From positions 69,132,001 to 69,196,000 of the forward strand of contig CM052816.1 of the NCBI GenBank assembly GCA_028534125.1: a DNA stretch of 64,000 bases. Direction: 5' to 3'. Of the stretch, positions 13,111 through 24,649 are shown piece after piece. The position numbers and the translations under genes are program-made. The notes under the pieces are model-generated. The model did not search any database. It was not told where the DNA came from and worked only from the letters and a program-made list of their open reading frames with translations. The DNA comes from Lama glama (taxonomy: Eukaryota). Each line of letters begins with the position of its first letter. The first letter of the stretch is position 1.

Positions 13111-13447
13111 TCTCTTCTCTGTCATCAAGGGCTTTGTAGATACTGTTTAATGATCGTTAGGTCCAGGTGGCCTCTAGGATCTGTTAGTCTCCAAATAATG
13201 ATGAAGACCTTCACCGATGTATTCCTGGCACCCATGAGACTAGTTACCCATTCATAAACCTTGACTTAGGAAGGCACTCTGTGTTTCCAAGCACATACCC
13301 CTGTGCCCTAGGTTAACTATAAAATTGTCCCAATGGTCCCTCCATGCTTTAAAGTGCAGCTGCGAACGCTTGCAGATTGTCATCTGCCTGGTCCTACTCT
13401 GTAAGTTACCCATAATAAACTGATTCATTAAGAAAAGAAAAAGAAAA
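13111..13447 (+). mobile_element. LTR-like segment ending in AATAAA and an A-rich tail
   Basis: TATA-like tataaaa at about 13318, aataaa at 13414-13419, then aagaaaagaaaaagaaaa. Family not identified. Confidence 0.45.

Positions 13448-13449
<2 letters not shown>

Positions 13450-13516
<67 letters not shown>
13450..13516. repeat. Compound (TG)n(AG)n microsatellite
   Basis: Read directly. Confidence 0.98.
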
Positions 13517-13519
<3 letters not shown>

Positions 13520-15254
13520 TTAGAATTTCTCCAGGGTGAAGGGAAAGTGTCATATTATTTTACTTGAAACTTGGCATTTAATACCATATGCTTTCCTCTC
13601 TCCACTTAGAATGTTACAGTATTAGAAAAACTTTTTAATCAGATAATAAAGGTTGAGTGAGTCTCTCCATTTCCCCATTCTCCTTATGTGTATTCTACCT
13701 GCAAACAACCTCTCTGTCTATATAGATTACTGTATTAGGTTGTTTGCTGAACTGACTTAAAAGATATCTTTAAAAACTAAGTCGACTGGTTTTTATTCAT
13801 TTATTTTTGGTGCAGAGAATGTTTACCTTTTCAAATTATTTGGTCAGATTTTTTTTCTCTACCCATCCTATCCAATTATTATTCTAATAATTCAGGACTT
13901 ATCCCACTTTACGTTCTAAAAAGCATTTCTTAATTACTTTTCCAGTTGTGGAAAGTATCCTATTTTATCTTTTTTATCTTATCTGGAAGCTTCTTTTTCT
14001 TGCCGCATTCCTCTACCTTACCAACTTTGTTTTCACATCTACCATATTCAACCTTTTTAACACTATATTTGAACAATAACCAGGAATGGAAGGAAAGAGA
14101 GAATATGTCAAAGGGAGGCTTCCAAGGAGAGCTACTGAGTGAGAAGAACTGAGATACAGGAGAAATTTTCCTATTTTACTAAAGTGTCTCCAGGCATTAC
14201 AAAGATTACATTCCCAGCTCAATTCCTTTTATTCTATAATCTTTGTTTGCTTGTTCGTATTTGGTGCAAAACCATTTCTCCATGTGGAACCTTGTAGGCA
14301 GAGCAGATTAAGAAAAATAAGTCATTTAAATTGATAATCCATATGGAGTTCAGATTCTCACATACTGGGGCTACCCTTACCCAAACTCCCCATTCCCTTT
14401 CACGGTGCCCCCTGGGGTTGGGAGGTGGCATTCCTTCAACTCTCAGTAATCTGCAGACTATAGTTTACAAATCACTGGACTAGATAGGCTCTGAGCTCTC
14501 TCCTTGCTCTGAAATGCTGTGTGTCCATTCTGTCCTTACGTTTCCTCCCCTCCTCGGTCTAAATCGTGCTCATCTTTTGAAGCTCATTTTCTCCAGTCCA
14601 CACCCCTGACCTCACATGAATGTATCTGTATCATCCTCCCTGGTGCTTTTGCCCATTCTGTTCCCTCTACTTCAACTTCCCTTTCCAGCTGAAGAAGTAT
14701 AGAATTTTCAGGTAATAGGTTGTATTCTAGTTTGGAGCATCAAAATTCTGAAGGAAAATTGTAAGAAAATTGGGTCTAGACAGTAGAAGGTAATACTATT
14801 TGAGGTAGGCACTTAGTTCTGCCTCAGAAGAGAATTAGCAACACACACAAATATCAACCCACGTGTACATAAAGTGATTTCATAGCTGCTTTCCTGTCTA
14901 GCGTTCCTGACTTCTATGATCAGAGTCGTTTCTTGTCTGACAGCAGGGGATGGAGTGAACTGGAGCAGGCAGGACTAGAGTCAGGGACAGAGTGTTCTAT
15001 TCCGTGGTCTGTTAGCTCCATAAAGTAAAAGCCACAAAAAAAGTGATATCCACCGAGGTATCTTTGCTTTGACTCCTGGTAACATGTCTAAGTGGGTCTT
15101 CCATTTCAGCAAAGAACTGGGAATCTGAAATCACCTCAAGTAAGCACTTAACTTGGCAGATGGTGCTTTTGAACTCTTGGCTTCTCTTGGAATTTTCCTC
15201 ACAATCTCCATTCCTCTATCCCTGAATTCATTCAAATATTCATGTAACATTTTG

Positions 15255-15420
15255 AACTTTTTAAAAGCACTTCCACATCCCCAATATCATTTCATATTTC
15301 TATCAGCTTAGTAATGGGAGAAATTATCTTCATTTTATAAACTAGGAAATTGACTTACAGCAAGTTAGATGACTTGCTAAGATTAGATACAATAACTAAT
15401 ATTAGTGGCACAACCGTAAC
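15255..15420 (-). mobile_element. MIR fragment
   Basis: attatcttcattttataaactaggaaattgac...gttagatgacttgctaag...agtggca. Confidence 0.55.
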
Positions 15421-16790
15421 AGAAAAGTGATGAACTGAGAGCTAAGAGACTGGTATGACATACATATGTTCATATTGTTAATATGATTATGTGGGAACAG
15501 CCCACTCCCTTCCACCAATGCCCTACAGCCAAGCAGACCTACATCCTCCCTGGCAACTCACAATCTAATCAATGTGAAAATCTCCACACAAAAGAAAATG
15601 TTTGAACTAATAATCTTTGTTTCTTAAGACGTGGATTTGGGGGACACTGGACATTTTGGATGGCTTAGAAGTTGACATAATAAGGACAAAATAGGTTTTC
15701 AAAATTGGCTAGAGACAAATAGGCCAATAGAATATGGTAACCAGATTTTGCACGTCTAAAATACATTCCTATTTAAGAAAGAGAAACTCTCTAAATCAGC
15801 TCAAAGCGTACAAGATGGAAATAAAGGTCTTATGCCAAAACTTCAGCCACCACTAAGTCTGTTCAGTTCCCTCAAAGTCAGCTTGGCAACGTGACAGAGT
15901 GTGCCTCTCATCCCTGCCCAAATGCTGGGCCCCACCATTTCACAGGCAGAACTCTGGCACCTTTCAGAAGCTCCGTGTTTGGAAGGGAGAGGCCAGGGTG
16001 GGATGGGGGGGCTCTGTGAGAGGGTGTGGGACCTGGTCTCTATGCTCAGAGGCACTGCTGACGTCAAACCCTTACTTCCCTCCCACTCAGACTGGAGCAA
16101 GCACACAGAAACTCCCTTTTGCAGCTGTGCAAACTGTTCTTAAGGAACTCTAACACACCCTCTGCCCCCTACAGCCATTCCAAATCCACAGTTTCATGGG
16201 CCATATTCAGAGGGAAATAAAAAAGCTGTCTATTTCCCAGTTGGCCTTTTTTCAATCAGATGAAATTAAAATGAAGCCTGAAGTTTAAATGAAATGCTCT
16301 TCCAGTTTATGCTCTGGAGTTTCCACCCTCCTTCCTCCTCAGCCTCATTAGGGCAGGCTGGCCAGCTGAAGGCTTTTCTTCATGTGTCTTAAGGAACATT
16401 CTGGAAAGTTGGCTATAAGGCTGCATTTCTGTCTAATATGCATCTGCTTCAGGCTTCAGAGGTGCCTGCTTACCCTCCCTGGTGGAATGTGGGACATTAG
16501 GAATCTATTCTAAAGTCTGCCCCTGTAGAAGGGAGGGGAGGGAACAAAGTTAATCAGATTTACCCCAGGTTGTATTAAAAGCCCGTTGTCCCCAATGGTC
16601 CTGCGATACACAGACTGTCCAGCTTCTTCTCCCCCAGTTTATAGGGGAGAAGAAGGCCATTCTCCTTGGTGGGAATAAATGGTGGAATCTGCACCTTTCA
16701 ATGAAACTTCAGGTGGGAAGGGGTAAAATGCCTCTCCCAAGTGCCTCTAAACTGTACTCCTGAGAGTTTGACACCAAGAGTAGTGTTAGA

Positions 16791-16907
16791 GGGGAGAATG
16801 TGTGGTGGAGTGTGTGCTTAGCACGCACTGGGTTCAATCCCCAGTACCTTGTCTAAAATAAATAAATAAACCTAATTACCTCCCCCCACAAAAACATTTT
16901 TTGAAAA
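16791..16907 (+). mobile_element. Camelid tRNA-derived SINE (Vic-1-like), internally deleted
   Basis: gggga...gtggagtgtgtgcttagcacgcac[..]tgggttcaatccccagtacc (B box), then aaataaataaataaacctaattacctcccccc. Perfect 15-bp TSD aagagtagtgttaga at 16776-16790 and 16908-16922. Confidence 0.88.
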
Positions 16908-16922
16908 AAGAGTAGTGTTAGA

Positions 16923-17103
16923 ATTAAGAGATACAAACTACTATGTATAAAAAAATAAGCAATAAGGATATATTGTACAGCACAGGGAATATGGCTAATA
17001 TTTTATAATAACTATAAATGGAGTATAACCTTTAAAAATTATGAATCATTATTTGACACCTGAAACTTATATAATATTGTACATCAATTATACTTTCAAT
17101 AAA
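16923..17103 (+). mobile_element. Artiodactyl-type L1 3' UTR end
   Basis: gatacaaactactatgtataaaa...aaggatatattgtacagcacagggaata...cacctgaaact...caattatactttcaataaa. Confidence 0.8.
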
Positions 17104-17319
17104 CAAACTCATAGAAAAACAGATCATATTCATATTACCAGAGGGTGTGGGGATTGGATAATTGGATGAAGGTGGTCAAAAAGTACAAACTTCCAGGTAT
17201 AAGATAAGTAAGTAATAGGGATATAATGTACAACATGATAGATACAATTAACAGTGCTGCATATTATATATGAAAGTTGTTGAGAGTAAATCCTAAGAAT
17301 TCTCACCATAAGAAAAAAA

Positions 17320-18145
17320 ATCAAATCAACAGAAAAAGAAAGTAAAGAAACAATCCCCTTTAAAATAGCACCCAAAGTAATAAAATATCTGGGAATAAAT
17401 CTAACCAAGGAGGTGAAAGAATTATACACAGAAAACTATAAACCATTNNNNNNNNNNNNNNNNNNNNNNNNNNNNNNNNNNNNNNNNNNNNNNNNNNNNN
17501 NNNNNNNNNNNNNNNNNNNNNNNNNNNNNNNNNNNNNNNNNNNNNNNNNNNNNNNNNNNNNNNNNNNNNNNNNNNNNNNNNNNNNNNNNNNNNNNNNNNN
17601 NNNNNNNNNNNNNNNNNNNNNNNNNNNNNNNNNNNNNNNNNNNNNNNNNNNNNNNNNNNNNNNNNNNNNNNNNNNNNNNNNNNNNNNNNNNNNNNNNNNN
17701 NNNNNNNNNNNNNNNNNNNNNNNNNNNNNNNNNNNNNNNNNNNNNNNNNNNNNNNNNNNNNNNNNNNNNNNNNNNNNNNNNNNNNNNNNNNNNNNNNNNN
17801 NNNNNNNNNNNNNNNNNNNNNNNNNNNNNNNNNNNNNNNNNNNNNNNNNNNNNNNNNNNNNNNNNNNNNNNNNNNNNNNNNNNNNNNNNNNNNNNNNNNN
17901 NNNNNNNNNNNNNNNNNNNNNNNNNNNNNNNNNNNNNNNNNNNNNNNCAAAATTGTAGAATAGATAAACAAGATTACACTGTATAGCACAGGGAAATATA
18001 CACAAAATGTTATGATAAATCACAGAGAAAAAAATGTGACAATGAGTGTGTATATGTCCATGAATGACTGAAAAATTGTGCTGAACACTGGAATTTGACA
18101 CAACATTGTAAAATGATTATAAATCAATAAAAAATGTCAAAAAAA
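17320..18145 (+). mobile_element. Young camelid LINE-1, 5'-truncated, spanning the assembly gap
   Basis: Open ORF2 frame IPFKIAPKVIKYLGINLTKEVKELYTENYKP before the gap. After the gap, a 3' UTR closely similar to the copy at 46790-46990. Confidence 0.88.
17448..17947. other. Assembly gap of 500 N
   Basis: Run of N. Confidence 1.
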
Positions 18146-18439
18146 ACTTTTCCTTTTTTTTTAAAATTTTGTATCTAATATGAGATGATGGATGTCACTA
18201 ATCCTATTTTGGTATTCATTTCCTGATGCAAGTCAAATCAGTACACTGTACACTGTAAACATATACAGTGCTATATGTCAATTATATCTTAATAAAACTG
18301 GAAAAAAGTGAAAGTAAAAAAAAATACTAAATGTAAAGAAAGAAAGTTCAAATTTTTTTAAAAAGTGGCATTAGAGGTTTAGGGACAGAGGGAATATGGA
18401 GCTCTCCTGTTACTTCTAACTCCAAGTGCCCTGCAAATC

Positions 18440-18600
18440 CCAGTGGTTCTTGGGTGTGTACTGGAGTCATCTATCGAGCCTTCTAGAAATATGGTTGCCA
18501 TACTCCAATCCCAGATCTTCTAATCCAGTAGGAAGGGGTCTGCAGGTCCTTAGTTAGCATTTGTGTAATCTGAAAAGTCCTACAGTGATTCTCCTGCAGG
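18440..18600. mobile_element. MER5-type hAT-Charlie MITE
   Basis: cagtggttct...ggagtcatct...cccagatcttctaatccagtagg...agtgattct. Confidence 0.5.
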
Positions 18601-19439
18601 TAGTTTCCTGTATTTGACAGTTTTCTCAGCTGGAATGGGTGTCAAAACCACCTCAAGGGTAGAATTCTAAAATCATTGGGAAAAAAATTCTTTTAGGTAG
18701 AAATCTTCGTACAAAGGTAAGGAGATAGCCAGTTTAAAAAGACTGGAGGATATAAAACCAGGAAGAGTTACAGTATACAGGAACAAAGGTCTTATTTGTA
18801 TACACATGGAGTAGGGCTGTTTTTCTAGAAAAACAACCTTAGCCCACAGCAATAGTCACTGAATAAAATGAACTGTACTCTAGCCACAGAGACAGTACCC
18901 AACTGGGGGTGGAGAGAACAGAAAGTCTCATCCCCAGAGGTTGAGTAGGTGGGTAATATAAAGGAGCAGGGATACATGTAGACAAACACTATCTGTCTCA
19001 GGGAAGGAACGTGGGTCAATCAGCTCCAATAACTAGTGGCATTAGGCACCTTGAATATGTTCCAGTTGTTAAGACTTTCATTTATTCTGTCACTAAGGAT
19101 TATTGACCACCTGCTATATGCCAGTCCCTAGATGTTAGATTTTGGAGGGATAGTGACAATACCACCAGAACTCCTTTTTTCTGATCATTTCTCTTCTTGC
19201 CTTATTTTTATTTGGCTTTAGTTTTTCATTTAGATTCCTTCCACGTGGAAGAGAAGTTGCCTTCTGTTGCCCCTAATTTACACCCTTCAGCTCAGAAACT
19301 CTAAGGAAAAAGGGAGCTTCTTTCTCCTGGCATCTATCAGCCAACCTGGGGGAAATATTTGGAATGGCTCTGCTTGAATCACATGCCCACCACGGTAGAT
19401 GATATTTTCCTTGGTGTGGGGATGGTCATACCAATATAT

Positions 19440-19940
19440 GCATTCTTCATTCTGCATATTCATCTGCCAATATGGCTGACACTCCTTCCATCAAAGGTTG
19501 TGGGGTCCTATGTTCCCTCCCTTTCTATCTGAGTGGGGGCTGTGATGGCTCCAACCAACAGAATACTGTAGAAATGGTGACATGTGATTCTCAAGGCTAG
19601 GACATCAAAAGGAATCAGTGTACACCTGGCATACACTCTCTCACAAGATATCCGTCTTTCGATCCCAGCCTCCACGTGGTGAGGAAGCTCAGGCCACAGG
19701 GAGAGGCAACACATAGGCACACTAGCATCAACATGCAGACCTGTGAGTCAGTGAGCCTGCCCCAGTCTTCAAGTCTTCCAGCTGTGACCCCAGACACTGC
19801 ATAACAGAGACAAGCCATCCTGCTCTGCCCTGTCTGAATTCCTGATGTACACAGCACCCAGGGGTGGTAATAGATTATTATTTATGTTTTAAGTCACAAA
19901 CTTTTGAGTAATTCGTTGTGCAGCAGTAGATAAATAATCG
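19440..19940 (+). mobile_element. MLT1G/H-type MaLR solo LTR
   Basis: tgacactccttccatcaaagg, gtgaggaagctcaggccaca, acagagacaagccatcc, ttttaagtcacaaac...gcagcagtagataa. Confidence 0.75.
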
Positions 19941-21264
19941 TCTACTGGGCCAGTCTCTGTTGCTTGGCAAATGGAGCATTGTGAGCAGGGGAGCAGATGA
20001 AGAGATGTGAAAGGTTGCTGGGTAGACAAGATGAATACATACCATAGCCCACGACAATCATCCTAAGATAAGTCAATTCCCCATGAGTGTATAAATATAT
20101 GTGTATGTGGACAATTGAAGCCAGAGTCATTACTATTTAGCAAATGGAAAAGGATCTTAATTTTACTAATCCCATTGGCTCATCGTGAGCAGTCTAGTAT
20201 TACCCAGGTAATATATGTCTGTTTTCTTTGATTTGTTGCTTAGGCAATGATTCTCGATTTAGCACAGCCTGAAAAAAAGAATTTCAGAAAGGTTTGGAGC
20301 ACAAGTTGATGTTCAGCTGTGTAACTTAGGAAGCTGAGCCTGAAAGCTAGTTTAAGAAACAGGCACTGCAGTGGTCTTCAAGGAGAGACCATACATGGAG
20401 GGGTGGTGGGGGATTCCTTTCAAGAAAGAACTCTTCTTTCCCAGTGTAGCTTCCCTCTGTCTACTCAGCTCTGAGCAATTCAGGAGCATTTTCATTTGTC
20501 TCCTGCAGGTCATGGTTAATTTGGATAACCACAGGCTGAGCCCTAATTCCTCACTAGCAAAAAAAAGTATACTCTCTGGAAGTTCCCAAAGAGTGGCTTT
20601 TTTAGTTTTACTTCTTTTTTAAAGAGGCAACCAAAGTATATTCTCAAAGTTAATTGTGTGCAATTATTTTTATAGACTTCTGATAAAAATTTCCCTAAAT
20701 AGACCCATTTTGAAAGCTCAAAACACAGAAGAGGGAAACCATTACTTAAGCAGTATCTAAGATATGCTCTTTCTCATAGGAAAAAACAAAGTTTACTCTG
20801 CAATCAATTTAAATGACAGCTGCCAGAGAAACCAGATACTGGGCTTCAGGCTTAGGGCCTGAGAAACTAAATTATAACACCTGCCACCTGCATCAGGGCT
20901 CATCTATAAAGAAAAAATAAAAACAGTAGACATGAATGTTGTGTCTCTGAAAAAGGCAGGCTTTGGGGAAGAGGAAAAAGGTGAAGTTCGCTGACCCCCA
21001 GCTCTCTAGTTGGATGGAGTCACAGAACTGAATGCACCCTCTGGCTCCACTTCCTTTCAAACAGAGAGTGGTTGCCAATAACAGAGAACACATTTTGCCC
21101 TGTCCCTCTATGAAGTTAAATTTCTCATCTAAAGCCACAGGAAAACAGAAGAGACACAGTTCATTTCATAATTCAGCAGGTTTGGGATCCTGCTTTCTGA
21201 ATTTGTAATGAGAGTGTTCAATTATGTCAATCTTGGCCAGGTTTTTTTTTTTAAGTTCTAGATT

Positions 21265-21646
21265 TTGAAAAATTGTGGTAACATTTACATAACATAAAAA
21301 TTACCATTTTAATCATCTTAAGTGTACATTAATGCTGAACATTCACACTGTTGTGTAACAATCACTACCATCTATCTCTAGAAGTTTTTCATCTTTTCAA
21401 ACTGAAATCCTGTACTCATTAAACAAAAACTGTCCATCCTCTTCCCCTCAACCCCTGGAAATGACCATTCTACTTTGTCTCTATGAATTTAACTATTCTA
21501 GGTATCTCATATAAGTGGAATCATACAATATTTGTCCTTTTGTGACTGGCTTATTTCACTTAGCATATCCATGTTAAAGCATATGTCAGAATTTCCTTCT
21601 TTTAAAGGCTGAAGTAATATCCATAGTATGTATGTACCATATTTGG
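21265..21646 (-). mobile_element. L1MB-type LINE-1 3' end
   Basis: ttaccattttaatcatcttaagtgtaca, accattctactttgtctctatgaatt, ataagtggaatcatacaatatttgtccttttgtgactggcttatttcacttagcat. Confidence 0.85.
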
Positions 21647-24600
21647 TGAGTTTTTTAAGTGGGGGGTTATCTTCTGCACTGATAATCTTCAGGATAGCCT
21701 TTCTCATCTTTATCATCTTTTCAATATTAAACATTGGTTTAAAGATGATTTTTTCTTCTGTTTTATCATCATATCTGGTGGAACAGTATTCCTGGGGCGG
21801 GAGGTGAGGGGTGGGAGGGGAATGTTCTACCTCCAGATTCTAAAGTGGCCTGTCAGGTTATTCTTTATTCATGGTTGGAAATGCAGGAAGCAATCATTTT
21901 TCCTTTACTTTGGAGAGTATGTCCCAGTCTGCCTCAGACTACTGGGAATCTAAAACTTTTACTGATGTGGCCTTCCTTACAAACTTCAAAAGATTTATCT
22001 CACCTTCTCTGGCATGCGTGTGTCTCATCAAAGCCTCCAATGAACTAGTCACTTTATGCTCCTCTGGTCTTATTAACATGATGCCATCGACACAGTAGAC
22101 CAACGTAAGGTTCTATGGGACGTCTAGTTCTTTTCAGACTATATTTTAAGAGAGAATAAGAGAGTTCCCAAAGACCTGGGGAAAGACAGTTAGCAGGCTT
22201 ATTATTCCTCAGTAGGCAGGAATGGGACCACTTTTGCTGGCTCAGAAGGTTTAGAGAAGTCTAGGGAGCCAATATTTTGGATGGCATCTACCAAGATGTT
22301 CCTATTCCATGTTTCTAAATCTCATTCTTTCCCAAAAAGGGCTGCGATCTTGGCATCATATTATGTCTTAGTTGGGAGTTTAACTTTCCTTGGAGTCAAC
22401 TATAATGTAACATAATTCCTGGGGCTGCTTCTCAACTTTCTCAGTCCTCCCACTGTAAGAGACACCCCTTTATGTACCACCAAAGGGGGTGTCTCTCTGG
22501 CATTCACTCTTGGCTTATAATTGTCAGTTAATTACTCTCAGCTCTTTGGTATCTTTTCCTAGATTATCAAGTTTAGCAATAGCCATCCAGTTCCATTGTT
22601 CTTATTATTTCCCTCATATTTCTCAAATACCTGATACATAACACCACCTGATGAATTCCTTTCCACCAGTGTATCATCCCAGCTCATCACTGGTTGAAAA
22701 TTTTAACAATTGCTTTGTTACCAGTACCAGGGGCTATCTGTTGCTGCTCACTGTCACCAGCCATGTAAGTGTTGGGTGATTAAATTCCAAAATCTCATAT
22801 CAGTGTTTGATATTGAAGGCACCTGCCTGCAGCACTCCCAGTGGCTGGGAGTAAGCACTTCATTCCTGAAGACTAACAGTGCATCACAGTGTCTGTCAAG
22901 TGATTTTAAATTCTTACTTCAAAACAGAGCAACTTGATTCAACTTCAGAAAAAGCTTATTAAGGGAAAAATCCTTCCCCTGGAAGTTTCTTGTGAAATAA
23001 ACGTAGATCCTTAACTATTATTTTGTTGGAAAAGCAGAACTCTTTTGTAGGCAAGTAATCAGTGAATGATGTTTATTAAATGACTACAATGCTCTTTGTC
23101 ATTCCATTCAGCATAAAGAGAGAAAAAAAAATCTTACAGATTTCTAAGTGTGTCTTCAAAGAAACACAGGTGATTTTGGGTTACAGTTGCCAATATTTAG
23201 ATTGAGTTTTAAAGTAGTAATTCCACTGTTATTATGAGGTTAAAGAATTTGTTTGGTTAATAAAGGGCACTGCTTAGCCTTGGCAAATTTTTCAAATAGT
23301 CTGAGGTTTATACTGGGAGGTACTCTTGGGCAGGTCAAACATGTTGATCAAATCAAATGTATGCTGGCCAGCAGTGGGCCTTGGGAGAATATCTGGAACA
23401 CCAGGCTTGATTCCTCCAGCTTCCTGGAAAAGCCAGGAATGGGTATGATAGAACTGCTTCCTAGGGACTTTCAAGGAGCCAGATGTCAAGTCCAGTGACT
23501 CCTTCCTCTCCTTCCACTTGTTTTATTGTTTTCTGATGCATCCTATTGCCACCCCACCCCTAATCCTGAGGCACAGTGACCTGCCTGACAACCTGGGATG
23601 GGAAAGGAGACCGTGTCCTCCAGGGGTGCCTGCTGGTACCATGGCCACCCCAGGAGACAGTCATCACCCAGAGGAGGCTTGGGAGTGCCTCTCTCTCCTA
23701 AGCATATTACAGTTTTCTACCAAGAGGATCTGCTCCGACTGAGAAGGAGTTCTGGTGTCAGGAATATCCATTGTCTGTCAAATTGTCATTTGACCATATT
23801 GTTGAGTGAACCTGCCTGCTTTTGACCAAATGACCTTTGACCCATTGATTTTAGCTAAATAATTTTCTCCTAAATAAACTGACCCATTTCCCCCTGGCTT
23901 TCCTAATGTCTAATTATATGAAAACATAGGAAAAAACAACTATTCAAACCAACGTAAGACAAAGATCTCTCTATCCCCATTCCTATCTTCATCCACTTCG
24001 TTTTCAGTATTATCACTCAGAACATTCTTGATGCCTGGTAAATGAAGTACTTTATGAAAATATCCAAATTCTAGCCTTAAAGTTATTACAAGTGCAGGAG
24101 TCAAGAAGAGAAGGAAGAAAAAATGACCACATCTGATCTTTGATTATTGGGGTATTCTCTGAATAAAATGAGTTAATACATATAAATACACTAAATAGCA
24201 TTTATCAAATGCTTACTGTCTACTAGAAGCTGTTCTATTTATTGTGATTTTATGTATTGAAACTATGGCAACTGGCAACTATATGTATATTAAAATGTAC
24301 CAAGTAATGGGTTGTGTTTATAATTCAGTTAACTTAACATAATTGATTCTATTTATTTGGATGATAATTTGATACTTCAGGTTGTTGCAGCCTAAATAGA
24401 ATGACACTACATTGTGTTAAAAAATGCCTAGAAAGTTTTTGATGGCTTATATATGTTTAGAAAGTATGTAAATGCCTGGCTACAACATCCATTTCTTAGG
24501 ATTTTTATAATTCTGTGAAAGGAATGCATTACTTACCGCCCTAGAGGTATCTGAGGCTTGAAGCTAACACCAATCTCCCAGAGGGCCTAAATTATAAGAA

Positions 24601-24649
24601 AATACCACTTATGTCAGAATAGCTGTAGGGGAGGGTCTGAAGGTGGAAC

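Larger units (their letters stand above)
17104..18315 (+). mobile_element. L1MA9-like 3' end split by a young L1 (parts about 17104-17319 and 18146-18315)
   Basis: ggatgaaggtggtcaaaaagtacaaacttcc...aattctcaccataagaaaaaa resumes as gtatctaatatgagatgatggatgt...atgtcaattatatcttaataaaactgg. Confidence 0.75.

Noticed and set aside
16791..16850. tRNA gene
   Set aside because: The B-box-like head is deleted and followed by a SINE tail with TSDs. It is a tRNA-derived SINE.
17360..18101. Long ORFs across the N run
   Set aside because: Artefacts of translating N. Only the L1 ORF2 flank is real.
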